A DNA stretch of 64,000 nucleotides from Callorhinchus milii (lineage: Eukaryota): positions 107,448,001-107,512,000 of the forward strand of contig NW_024704743.1 of the NCBI RefSeq assembly GCF_018977255.1, in the 5' to 3' direction. Below, piece after piece: positions 1 to 11,452 of this stretch. Position 1 is the first letter of the stretch. Each line of letters begins with the position of its first letter. The notes beneath the pieces were generated by a model. It saw only the letters and a program-made list of their open reading frames with translations, searched no databases and had not been told where the DNA came from. The position numbers and the translations under genes are program-made.

Positions 1-1340
1 ACAATTCAGTAAGTCATAAAAGTTAAGATACATCAAGACCGTTCAGCTCATCAGCTGGTGCTAGTTCCTCTCATCAAGATCTAGAGATGTAAACCTTAAT
101 TACAGTCCCTTCCCTGGACCCATGTTGTTTCTCTTCAAAGATGTATCATATTCCTTTTAAATCTTGTTATGATCTTAGTGTCAATAGCCCCTTGTAGCAA
201 AGCACTTCAAGCATGTATATTCTACTGTATTTTCCATTTTCATGGCCCCAAGCCACTTTTTTATCAGCCTTTTTAATAGGTCTGAGTCTGTAAGGTCTGA
301 GAAGCTCTTTCAGGTCACAGATTGCTACCAGACTACCTCTTACACCACTGCCGCAGGCAAAGCAAAATAAAGTCTTTGGGCATTTACATTTTTCTTCAAG
401 AGTAGAATGAGTTACACACACAGAAGAAGTGATATTGTTTTTGTAAATTAAATAGAACAAATAAATAGAATAAAACAGGTCAATTGGACAATTTGAACAA
501 TTCATAGTTGGATATCCTGCACAAGTTTTCATGTGTAAATCTGCGGAAGGAAAGAAACATGGGTAGTTAAGATATCTAGTTGATATAATAATCATGAATG
601 ACAATTATTGTATTGCCAAGAATCCATAGACCATCAACAGGTTTAATAGCTAACACCCCCTTTAGCCTCGGAACAATTTGAATCTGAAGGTTTACATTTG
701 GAACTTTTTCCACCACCAGCCTAGATTCCTTTGTTAGTGATAGGAAATCCAATTCTTTTCCTCAAACTGGAGCCAACGTTTAAGCATTGCTCAACAGGAC
801 AGACATTGGTTGAGTTAAGCCTATTTTTAAGCTGCACTGAATCATCCTTCTCCACAGTTATATTAATAGAAGTCTTTGAGCCCAACCATTGCTCTGAAGC
901 TAGGGGAAAGAAAGAAGGAGCAGTTGGGTGAGCAGGAACAAGAGGGATTAGCCCAAACCATACTCCTGCTTGAATGAAGCGTTATACAGTGGTGGCCATT
1001 TTCCTGGAAATAATTAACTGGGGAACCTAAATCATGTTTTATTTTAATATCAATATTTTGTGAATATACAGTACACAAAAAAAATCCTGTTTACACAAGG
1101 GTTTTCTCTGTATTTCAGAAAGATGATATCATTACGGAACACAAAGGATAGAAATAAACCAACCCTCCCCCTCCCTCGGCATCCTACATTATATTCCATC
1201 TGACCATGTCTAACATGCTACAGAAACTAAATATCATTTGTAACCATGGTTACCGCTTTCTTTTGAAAAAAATATTGTTTTCCTCTCCGAGGATTGCTTG
1301 TTTTTATGTATGAGGTTAAAAAGCCGAAATTATTTACAAT

Positions 1341-1985
1341 GAACAACGATGACAAAACTTGAACACATGTAGCGCCCTCCACGCAGGATAGTATCTCAGA
1401 GCTCTTAACAGTGCCAGAGCCTGACTCCGTGCTGGGGGGAGTGGGGAGGTGCCCGTAAGCACGGTCGAACAGGAAAGTTGTCAGGCAGAACTTGAAAGAG
1501 GGGAGAGAGGGCCGGTGCCAGTTGAGAGGAGACGCCACGTGGTGGATTGAGGAGTGAGAAGGTCGGAGAAGTAGGGAGGTGCCAGAGAGTGAAGGGATTC
1601 GAACACAAATGTAGGATCTTGAAGTTAATCTGTGCGGTGATGGGGAGCCAGTGGAGCCTGGCCAGAACTGGTGCGATGTGGGTACGGAGTTTGGTTCGGG
1701 TCAATATGCAGACAGCAGAGTTCTGAATGAGCTGGATCTTGTGAATGGTGGAAATGGGGAGATCGGCGAGGAGTGCGTTGGAGTAATCCAAGCAGGAGAT
1801 GACAAACACATGCACGAGCGTTTCGGCTGCATTTGGGGTAAGGTACGGTCGGAGGCGGGCAATGTGGCGGGGGGGTGGAAGAAAGCGGTCCTGGTCAGGG
1901 ACCGGATGTGGGGGAGGAAGGACAGTTGGGGGGTCGAACCAAACATCTAGGTTGCGCACTGGTTCGGTGAATCTGAGCGAGAAAG
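1341..1985 (-). mobile_element. L2-clade LINE, 5'-truncated degenerate 3' fragment
   Basis: The minus-strand ORF contains [41 protein letters not shown], homologous to the C-terminus of the L2 ORF at 5889-7382; frameshifted. Confidence 0.9.
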
Positions 1986-2403
1986 ACTCTTAATTAAGCA
2001 ATTCCCTTAAGGGCAGTTACAGTTTATTCAGGGTGTTGAAACAAATTGTTGGGATTCAGAGAGAATTGTGATCCATTATTGATTGCGATTTAATTCATCA
2101 TTTTTCCAATCACTTTTCAGCCTTGTCACACATTTCAATTGTGCGACAGTCAGTGTGAGAGGAATATCATGCGGGCAGGCAGGCAACATGCAAGAGATTA
2201 GAGATTACTCTCCTGTTAATAATAATCATTTTAAAAATCAAAGTGGGTGATATCTACAATACAATTACTGCTATTTTCCAAAATATACTACAGAGAATAG
2301 CCATTATTTAAAAAACAAACATTAACCTCTTTTTACTAAATATTGTAGTCACAAGCATAAGAGTTAACAAGGGTTCCTTACACTCACACATTTTACTGTG
2401 GAC

Positions 2404-2766
2404 AGTCCTGTAGCTCAGTGGTTAGAGCACTCGCCTCACAAGCGAGAGACCTAGGTTCGATTTCCGGCAGGGCAAGTTTCCTTACTCCACACGCTTCTGT
2501 TTACCTAGCAGTAACCAGGATCCCGGTTGTTAATCGATTGGAGATCACTTTTCTGGAGGTAATAATTCCTTCAAAAATAATAATGTTCATTTGGTCACTC
2601 AATCCACGACTGTTTGTGGGACACTGCTGTGCGCAATTGGCTGCTGCATTTCGCCCACAAAATATACAGTCAATTCACTTTGCAGTGTATTCGGTGAAGC
2701 GCTTTGAGACGTCTCGAAGACGTGAAAAGCGCTATATCAAATGCAAGGATTATTATTATTATTATT
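2404..2766 (+). mobile_element. tRNA-derived SINE, full length, long subfamily
   Basis: A box TAGCTCAGTGG, B box GGTTCGATT, anticodon-like arm CTCGC-ctcacaa-GCGAG, L2-like 3' stem-loop and (ATT)n tail; many copies in the window. Confidence 0.92.
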
Positions 2767-3246
2767 TGTTTTCCTTCCCACGGTTTCACTCTCTAGCTGA
2801 GAATAGGTGTTCCATTGGTGACCTGCTCTCAATTCCTAGGCCTCTACTAGTGGTGGTCTTGAGCCAGCCATGAAGAGCTACAGAATGACCCAGAGCGATG
2901 AAGGATTCAATTTCCCATCCCTCATTCCTGCATGGAGTCCTTCATGGTTGTGCCCAGTCTCTGCTTAATATCTCACCAAGTAAACCACTGTGATTGGGAA
3001 CTCACTGGGGTAGATTAAGTGTTTGAACAGAAAAAAAAAACATTTTGTAAATGTCACAAATGCAGAAAAAACACCACTGGGTTCCAAGGTTATCTTGGGC
3101 CAACCAGTGTCCTCACAGCTGACGTAATGTATATAGGATAGGAATGTCATAAGAAGCACTTTATGTCCCCATTAGTTTTTCTCCCCAATCACTCACACCA
3201 TTTCACTCACACCACTTCCACTCTGCTTTTTTCCCCCTGTTCAGGA

Positions 3247-3500
3247 TAGCCAATTTGTACACAATGTCCAACAAACACCATGAAGTGAATGACCAATTTT
3301 TATATATTTTTTGGTGGGGGGTTGGGGGCAGAGGAGAAGGAGAATCTTGGCTAGGATAACAGGGAAAAGCTCCATTCTCTTTTCAAATATTGCCATGGAA
3401 TCTTTAATGTCCTCCTGAACAGATAGGGCCTTGGGTTTAATGCCTCATCCAGAGGCAGCGCTTCTGACAATTCAGGGTACAGCTGAGAACCATTTGAGTA
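3247..3500 (-). mobile_element. Old Deu-domain SINE fragment
   Basis: Reverse complement of recalled Deu-domain motifs (tgccatggaatctttaatgtc..gtttaatgcctcatcc); similar to 22890-23222. Confidence 0.65.
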
Positions 3501-3989
3501 GCAGCCTCGACTATGAGCAAAACAAAATCAAATATTAGCAACAGCAAGTGTCTAGCTGAACAGGTTCACGGAAAGGAAATGATCTCAGATCTAAGAAATG
3601 TAAAGCAAGGTCGGACAAACCATGCCTGTCTCAGAAATCTACTTTAAGCAAATAAAAATGTTTTAATAAGTTTTTTTCTCCCGAGAGAAAAGGGCAAGAA
3701 AGAAACTGTGAGGGGTACAGGAGAGTGACCAACACGTGAGGCAAGAGATAGTCGGTCTCTCATTTCATTACAGAAACCCTTTATTGCTTTTGTTTTAAAA
3801 AACTGAAACATTCCTCAAAACAAGTTACAGAACCATTCAAACGACTGAGAGGGAAACTAGAAAAAAATGGTTCTTGAACCTTTTTTGTTCCTTCCCCATA
3901 AAATATGGTACATTTTTGTTTGACAAGGAAAGAGCGGATTATTGTCTTAAGACCTCACAATGCTGATAGATATGAAGGAAGGACCCAAA

Positions 3990-4320
3990 GAAAGAATTTG
4001 CAGTTTTATGGAGCTTTATTGGGTCAAAACATCTTAAGGTGCTTCACAGATATTCACTTTACAAGTATAGTGACTTTTTGTAGGCAGATATGGTTACCAT
4101 AGTAGCTCCACAAATAGCCAATCTGAAGGTGGGTGATCAGTTAAGGAGGATTGTTGGCCAGGATACTTCCTTATTGTTTTTGAATAGCATTGTATGATAT
4201 TGCAATGTTCGCCTGAACTGGCAGACTAGATTTCTTCACTTAATGTCTCATCTGAAAGACAGCAACTAAATCAGGTAAAGCATAATTTCTCCAGTAGTGC
4301 ATTGAAATGTCAATCTCACT
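3990..4320 (-). mobile_element. Old Deu-domain SINE fragment
   Basis: Degenerate tail plus ttggccaggata and ttaatgtctcatctgaaagacagca motifs shared with other copies. Confidence 0.6.
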
Positions 4321-4334
4321 ATAATAAATAATTT

Positions 4335-5290
4335 GGTAACACTTCAATGATTTGTTAAATATGTGCTGGCATATCTTTGCACAAAACAAGGAACCACAGA
4401 CAGCTGTGAAGTGAGAATGATCAAGTTATCTGAGGTTTGTTGTCCAGGACAGAGAAATATGCTTCTCTTTAATGTCCATCTGGAGAGGTGGAAGGTGAGC
4501 TTCAGTTAAACATCTCAGCCAGAGGATCGCACTTCTAAATATGGAGCTTTCCTCCAGTACTAGTAGCTTTCCTCCAGCCCCCTGAAACTCTTGTTCATGC
4601 CTTCATCATCTCCAGGCTCAACTATGCAAATTCTCTGCTTGTCGGCCTTCCAAACTCCTCCCTCCACAGGCTGCAGATAATCCAGAACTCTGCAGCCCGT
4701 GTCCTCTCCCGCACCAAACTCATGACCCCATCTCTCCCATTCTTGCCTGACTCCATTGGCTCCCTATCCTTCAGAGGATTCAGTTCAAGATCCTGGTCCT
4801 CACAACCAAAGCCCACCATGGCCTCGCCTCACCGTACCTCTGCAACCTCCTAACACCCTACCAACCCGCACGCTCCCTCCGCTCAGCTGGTTCTGGCCTG
4901 CTCCATGTCCTCCGACCCACCTGACCCACCATTTGTGGGAGAGCCTTAGCCACTCTGCCCCCAACCTCTGCAATTCCATTCCCCAATCACTCCGCCTCGC
5001 CCCATCTTTAGCTTCCTTCAAATCCCGCCTCAAGACCCTTCTCTTCGACCATGCCATCAGCCGACCCCCTTCCACTCCCCTCCCTTCTCCCCCCATGACC
5101 CCAGCTCGGGTCTGAAATGCTGTACTCTGTCCAGCGCCTTAGGACCTCCCCCCAACGTGAAAGGCGCTATACAAATGTAATCTTGTTATTGTTGTTGTTG
5201 GAGTGCCAGACCAAACTACAAGTTCAAGCCTCAACATGGGGCTCAAACCTCAACCCTCTGACTATGAAACCAATGGAGTAAACTGACATG
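4335..5290 (-). mobile_element. Old Deu-domain SINE split by an L2 insertion
   Basis: Body at ~4335-4562; the head resumes at ~5201-5290 (gagtg..gttcaagcc..aaccctctgact..aactgac) directly after the L2 tail. Confidence 0.55.
4578..5200 (+). mobile_element. L2 LINE 3' fragment
   Basis: Homologous to ~6840-7582; ends in the gcgcctt..aaggcgc stem-loop and a (TTG)n tail. Confidence 0.92.
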
Positions 5291-5754
5291 TACATCTCAG
5301 CATTGCTGTATATTGCTACGAGATTCATGACTGAACCCGTCACATGGGTCAAATCAGCCTCATTCACTTGGAGGTTATTTTATTCCATAACATATTAAAT
5401 TCCATCCTTTATCTGGTTTCTGCCACAATATTCCTTCCACTACCTAAAAGTACATCATATGTATCTACTTTAAAAATTCAGTTACCAGAAGGAATCTTAA
5501 TTTGCAACTCCATCTCTTCACTAAGAAAGAGTTGAGATTTAGAAGCCAGCATTGACAGCAGATAGTGCTCTAAGATACAGAGAGGAGGACACAACTCAGG
5601 GAAACAAAGAAAACAGAGAAACGGTTCATCGTTTCAGCCCTATACATTAGGTCAAAAGTAAATTCGATATAATAGGTGAACACAAGGACTCTGAGGAAGG
5701 CTTTTTATTAAAATGCATTAATTGTTATTATTTCTTAAATTAATTTATTCATTT

Positions 5755-5886
5755 ATGAATTGGACAGGTAACTAAAAAGGAAAAATTTGCAGGGCTATGG
5801 GGTAAGAGCGGGGGAGTGGGATCATTTGGTAGCTTTTTCAAAGACTGGCACAAGCATGACGTACTGTAAGATTCAATGATTCTATA
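5755..5886 (+). mobile_element. CR1-clade LINE 3' end
   Basis: gcagggctatggggtaagagcgggggagtggga..aaagactggcac and a gattc(a/t)at tail, similar to 17405-17696. Confidence 0.7.
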
Positions 5887-5888
5887 AG

Positions 5889-7382
5889 GCTGACATCATC
5901 AACCTGTCCCTCTCCTCTGGCTCTGTCCCCATTCCATTAAAAACTGCCATCATCACGCCCACCCTGAAAAAACCCTCCCTTGATGCATCGCAGCTATCAA
6001 GCTACCGGCCCATCTCCAACCTCCCCTTTCTCTCCAAGGTCTTGGAAAGAGTTGTCGCCTCCCAACTGCGCTCTTTCCTTTCCACCCATTCTCTTTTTGA
6101 ACCCCTTCAGTCAGGTTTCCGTGCTGCCCATAGCACAGAAACTGCCCTGGTCAAGGTCACCAATGATATCCTGACCATCTGTGACCAGGGCTCCCTCTGT
6201 CTCCTCGTCCTCCTCGACCTATCGGCAGCATTCGATACGGTCGACCACGCTATCCTACTCCACCGCTTGTCCTCCCACCTCAACCTTCAAGGCACTGTCC
6301 TTGAATGGTTTAGGTCGTACCTTTCTCACCGTCTTCACTTTGTCTCAACGAATGGCTTCTCCTCCACCCCCCGTACTGTCTCATGTGGTGTCCCTCAGGG
6401 CTCTGTCCTCGGTCCCCTCCTCTTCACCCTCTATATGCTCCCCCTCGGTGACATCATCCGCAGACATGGAGTTAACTTCCACATGTATGCGGATGACACC
6501 CAACTCTACCTTTCCTCCTCTACTCTCAACTCCACGACCACCGATGTCCTGACAGCCTGCCTGTCCGACATCGAGTCCTGGACGAGAGACAACTTTCTTC
6601 AGCTCAACGTGCGAAAAACCGAGGCCCTCCTGATTGGCTCACGTCAGCGCCTCCGCACCTCAGGCGCTGACACCATCAGCATCCAAGGCTGCACTCTCCA
6701 CCTCTCAAAGCCAGTCAGGAACCTCGGCGTTTTGTTCGACCCTGAGCTGTCCTTTCTCCCTCACATCCGCACCACAACTGGCACCGCCTTCCATCACCTT
6801 CGGAACATCGCCAGACTACGGCATTACCTCACCCCTCACGCTGCTGAAACCCTGGTCCACGCCTTTGTCACCTCAAGGCTGGACTATGGGAACTCTCTCC
6901 TCGCCGGCCTTCCCGCCACCTCCCTCCACAAGCTGCAGGTCATTCAGAACTCTGCAGCTCGTGTACTGTCCCGCACCAGGCTTCGCGACCACATCACTCC
7001 CACCCTCGCTCGCCTCCACTGGCTCCCCATCCCCCAGAGGATTGAATTCAAGATCCTCATCCTCACCTACAAGGCCATTCACGGCCTTGCTCCCTCCTAC
7101 CTCTCCAACCTACTATCCCCCTACCTACCTGCCCGTACCCTCCGTTCCTCTGGCTCTGGTCTGCTCCACGTCCCCCGCCCCAACCGCCCTACCATCGGTG
7201 GTCGGGCCTTCAGCCTCTCAGCCCCCAGGCTCTGGAACTCCATCCCCCAGTGCCTTCGCCTTGCTTCCTCCCTTTCCTCCTTCAAGGCCGGTCTCAAAAC
7301 CTTTCTCTTTGACCGAGCCTTCAGCTCCCCTCTCAACTCTCTTCCCCCTCCTCGCTCCCTCCCTTCTCTCCCCTCACCCTGA
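5889..7382 (+). pseudogene. L2 ORF2 reverse transcriptase frame (no start codon, no endonuclease domain)
   Basis: The frame of the 6042..7382 ORF stays open upstream to the truncation point ([50 protein letters not shown]), with no stops or frameshifts. Confidence 0.93.
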
Positions 7383-7480
7383 CCATTTCCCCCTCCTTGC
7401 TCCCTCCCTTCCCTCCCCTCACCCTGACCATTTCCCCCCTCCTTGCTCCCTCCCTTCCCTCCCCTCACCCTGACCATTTC
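7341..7480 (+). repeat. 45-46-bp C-rich tandem repeat x3 at the L2 ORF2 end/3' UTR
   Basis: Unit ttccccctccttgctccctcccttccctcccctcaccctgacca; GACCA recurs at 7381, 7426 and 7472. Confidence 0.95.
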
Positions 7481-7749
7481 CTCCCTGCTCGGGTCATGAC
7501 CCAACTGTGCAGCGCCTTGGGACGTCCTCCTGACGTGAAAGGCGCTTTATAAATGGAATCTTGTTGTTGTTGTTGTTGTTGTAAGGCCACCTTAAAGGGG
7601 AGTTATTGCAGGTTATAGTTTTATCAATGAAGATCCTACAAAACAGCAAATATTCCGCAGGGAAGACCTAGCCGATGAAAGGGCCTGCTATAAGTAGTGA
7701 GGACAAAGAACAGAGTAAAGTGGCCCGTAGACAGCAAAGTCAGGACCAA

Positions 7750-8365
7750 AGTTTAACAGATAGTCAAAAAATGATACAATTGCTCAGCAAAGGTCCAAGA
7801 GTAATGAGCAGATAAACTCTTTAGGCAGGACATCCATGAGGGTCTAGGATTGTGTGAGCCACTGAGTAGAGAATCAACAAAAAAAAGCATAAAAAATAAG
7901 CAAAAGGAAAATTACCAGCCAGAGAACAAGGGGGTAGTGTTAGGCTAAGTCTGGATACTTCAGGAAAAAAAATCCAAAAGTAAGTATTGCTGGGAAAACA
8001 AATGATCCAAATGGGAAGTTTTGGCACAGAGGCCAGAAAGCAGTCAGATAATTTAAATGGAAACTGTAAAGTACATGGAGATGGGAGGTCATTTTAAAGC
8101 AACTTAATGAACGAGAATAAAGTGTTGGAAACGGATGGATAGGACATATATTGAAAGCAGGTTTGTGGAATCACAGGTAAGTTTCTTGGCATTAATATAT
8201 GCTACACGAGGGTCAGGAGCAGAAATAAAAGAGAAAAAAACATGTGGACTATTACAGATGGGAACCACTTACTGAAGTCAAGCAAAATAATTTTAATAAT
8301 TAAAAATTTTAATTTTAAAATATTAATCATAATAGGCTAGCAGCAGAGAACAGTGCACATGGATG
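7750..8365 (+). mobile_element. Highly degenerate RTE-like LINE remnant
   Basis: A-rich tract containing tggataggacatatattgaaa (W-I-G-H-I-L-K), reminiscent of the RTE C-terminal WxGHxxR motif. Confidence 0.35.
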
Positions 8366-8924
8366 AAAGCACAAGTATCCTAACTCTATAAATCAGGAAT
8401 GTATCGGAAGAAACAACAACTGATAACCTAAAGAAACTGGGAAACAAACGAGTGAAAGGGAACATTACAAAACGCTTGATGGAAACAAGCAGTGAAAACC
8501 AAACACAAGAAACAAACGCAAGTAAAAACAGGCACAACGAGATAAAGTCAAAGGTGGAAAGAACCTGAGCACTCAGGCAAAGTGCATTGCAGTGAAAAGA
8601 CACACAGGAGAGCATTGGAATTTCAGAACAGAATAAGACCATTTGGCCCTTCAAGCCAGTCCTGCCACAAGGTATTCTATGGTATTCATTCCCCTGAAGT
8701 AGAAAGAGATTGAAAACTTAATACTTACATGTGTAAGTGTCTCATATCGGGAAGAAGTCTCAAAGCGATTCACATGAGTAAAGTGAATGTATTTTGTAAG
8801 CGAACACAGCAGCCAATTTGCACATCGCAATATCCCACAAACAGCCATGAAGTGAGTGACCAATTTTATTTGGGGTTTATTGGCCAGGACACTAGGAGAA
8901 ATTTTTGAAACTAAATGACAGCAG

Positions 8925-9165
8925 CACTAAAATCTGAGGCTTAACTGAAGCTCCTGGTCTCAGCCTTGGGAATATCGACTTAATTTAAGACTGTGCAGAA
9001 TTTTTGAAAACTCTTGAATTCGATCTTAATTTGTAAACCAGTTTTACACAAGTCTTTTTAAAAGCTTAGAATAAAATAGTTTCCAAATTAAGACCAAATA
9101 AGGATTTCTCAATATTCTGCAAGACCTTATAAATTTCAATGCTTGGTCTTGAGACTAAGAATGTG
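8925..9165. mobile_element. Fold-back/MITE-like element, family A
   Basis: gcagaatttttgaaaactcttgaattcgatcttaatttgtaaaccagtttta is an imperfect inverted repeat of taaaatagtttccaaattaagaccaaataaggatttctcaatattctgc; relatives at 10665 and ~55205. Confidence 0.65.
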
Positions 9166-10664
9166 AGGATTGTTGGATCTCTTAAGATCAGAAAGTAGAA
9201 AAGTATTCAAAAGATTATCATGTCATTTGCAAAGTCCCTGTGGCTGCATTTCAGAATGGAGAATTGTCATTGTAACCAGATGCATGCTGAAGTGAATGAA
9301 GCTACCCTTATCTGCCCTTCAAGAGAATTAGGAACACTGAATTTTAAGATTAAACTCAAACCTCTTGAGGGGGCCAGCATCCTGAAGTGCTATAGTGGCC
9401 TTGGACAAAGCACATTTTCACAAGCTGGTTAAGGAATGACTTGATACAACCTGACCAAGGAGGTTGCAATGGGCAACTGTGGAACAGCTGTTGACCATCA
9501 TTCAAGTGAAATAACAAAGGTACTGTCAGTGCTTCATGTGTGACCAGAATCTTTTAGCTTGAAGGCCTTACAATTTGGACAGGAGGGCAACACATACTGC
9601 TAGAAACTGAAATCGGATTCAATTGACCAAACAATCTTTAACTCTTGAAATCCTCGAAAATAAATGAAACACATATTCAAGTTTCAATTTAAGATACAAG
9701 ATTCAAAAACATTTCTGGTCATATATTTTACCAGGGGAATAATTATTCTGTCATGCATTCATGTGCAACAAATTTCAGAAATGTCATACTGATTTATTTT
9801 AATTGGTTCCCATTAAGGAAAGCTGATGCTGTGATCTTATGCAGACTAGAAACTGTTGAAACTAGATTGAGACAGCCCAAACTTACATGTGACCCTCACT
9901 GTATTGATATAAGATCACAATTGCAATACGTATTGGCATTATATAGTCTATATAGTCTATTCTGCCATCTGTTTTAAAATGACAGTATGTAACGAGTCTG
10001 CCATCTTTGAAATTGGAAGTGTACAACTCCACAATCTACATTGCAACATTGGCTTCCCCTTGCAAAACACGCATTTAAAAAGGGTTATTTTGATCCCCTC
10101 TCAGACCCGTGGCCTTTTGGGTCAAGTATGTTAATGCACAAAACACAGCCAATCATAGGAGATGAGATTAAGTGAATTTCATGCACGCCTTAATACAAAG
10201 AGAATTCTGAAAGAACTTTCAAATTGTACAATTCTCACAAAACATGATACTTCATATGAAAAGCAATCAAATGACCTTCACACAAAGCCAGGTAGAAATT
10301 GGCTCAGACAAAAAAAGGCTAACTTAATTTTATTTCAGGCCAAATAAGCATCACAGAATTGAAATTACAAAATCTAGCAAATGCTGGAGATGTAATGAGT
10401 GGATTAAAACTCTTGCATTGGGAGTGTCCAGGGGTATCTAGACAAATGTAAAATAATTATTCTGGAAAGAAACTGAATATTTGGTGAGTGGAATACTGAT
10501 CAGGAAAGGGATATTGGAGTTATTATAGAAAACATTGAATGTGTTAACCCAGCATTTGGCTGCAGTGCAAGAATCAAACTACATATTGAGTTGGATAACC
10601 TGAAGAAAAGAATATAAATCAAACAGTCTGATGATATCGTAATACAATGTATACACCTCACCTG

Positions 10665-10907
10665 AGCCCTGAAATTTCTTATGCTCTTAGCCTTAAAACC
10701 ATTATTTTAAGGCTTAAGAGTTTTGGAAAATCCTTAAATTTGATCTTAATTTGGAAGATTGTTTTCTGTAGTTTTTTTTCCCAAAAAGGAAGTGCAGAAC
10801 TCTGGTTTCCAAGTTAGTTGTGAACAAAAAAGAAATCCAAAATTCTCCATGTTCTTAAATTATGAGACAATGGCATTAAGTCGAAACACGATTAAAATTT
10901 CAGGCCT
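10665..10907. mobile_element. Fold-back/MITE-like element, family A, inserted in an old CR1
   Basis: Terminal inverted repeat agccctgaaattt / aaatttcaggcct (12/13 match). The flanks look like contiguous degenerate CR1 ORF2 sequence (~10380-11100). Confidence 0.65.
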
Positions 10908-11149
10908 TTGGAATGCTCTGTGCAACTCTGGTTACCATACCAGAGAAAGAGTGTTATTGCCTTTCAGATCGTGCAACAAAGAGCATCCAAGGTGATGCCA
11001 GCATTTCTGGAATCTAAATTGTGAGGGAAGGTTAAGACATTGACATTACTTTGATTGAAAAATAAATGATTAAGTTAAAGGTAATTTAATATATTATCTT
11101 GAATTAGTAAGGGATTATCCAAAACAAATTGTAGATGATATAACACCAA

Positions 11150-11452
11150 TAATATCAAAATATCTCAAAGCTTTTCATAGGTTATCATTGTCGATTATAA
11201 TTTCTGTGTATTTGTAGGCAAACGCGAATGCCATTTTGTGCACAGCAATGTCACACAAAGAGCCATAAAATTAATGATCAATTTATCTGAAGGATTATTG
11301 GCCACAACTCCAGGAGAAACTCCTTTCTGAATGGTGACATGAGATTTTTAACATCCTGCTGAACAGGCAATCAGACCTCAGTTTAACATCCCATACAGGA
11401 GACAGCATCAACAATGCAGCATTTGTAGGTATTGCACCAGACTGTCAGCCTC
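11150..11452 (-). mobile_element. Old Deu-domain SINE
   Basis: gccattttgtgcacagcaatgtcacacaaa..attattggccac..cagtttaacatc..tgtcagcc motifs in the expected order. Confidence 0.65.

Larger units (their letters stand above)
5889..7582 (+). mobile_element. Young L2 LINE, 5'-truncated, with complete RT domain and 3' tail
   Basis: RT motifs [32 protein letters not shown]; 3' stem-loop at 7512-7545; pure (TTG)n tail ending at 7582. Confidence 0.97.

Noticed and set aside
2404..2475. tRNA-Val(CAC)-like sequence (also at 23223, 43613, 61912)
   Set aside because: These are SINE heads: each runs into the SINE body, the anticodon varies between copies (CAC/CGC/TGC), and the acceptor stem is imperfect.
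6042..7382. 446-aa reverse transcriptase as a host, domesticated or retron-like gene
   Set aside because: It starts at a TTG inside a 5'-truncated L2, has a LINE tail, and has multiple dispersed relatives.
7341..7480. CRISPR-like array
   Set aside because: Head-to-tail tandem units without unique spacers, in eukaryotic LINE sequence; no cas genes.
6634..7504. Long Pro/Ser-rich and Gly/Arg-rich overlapping ORFs
   Set aside because: Alternative frames of C-rich L2 sequence and its tandem repeat.
8337..8654. A-rich tract after a TATAAAT, considered as an S1/S2 paralogue
   Set aside because: Plus-strand frames stop early or are not basic and lack the NE..LNE.L motif; the minus-strand hydrophobic ORF reflects base composition.
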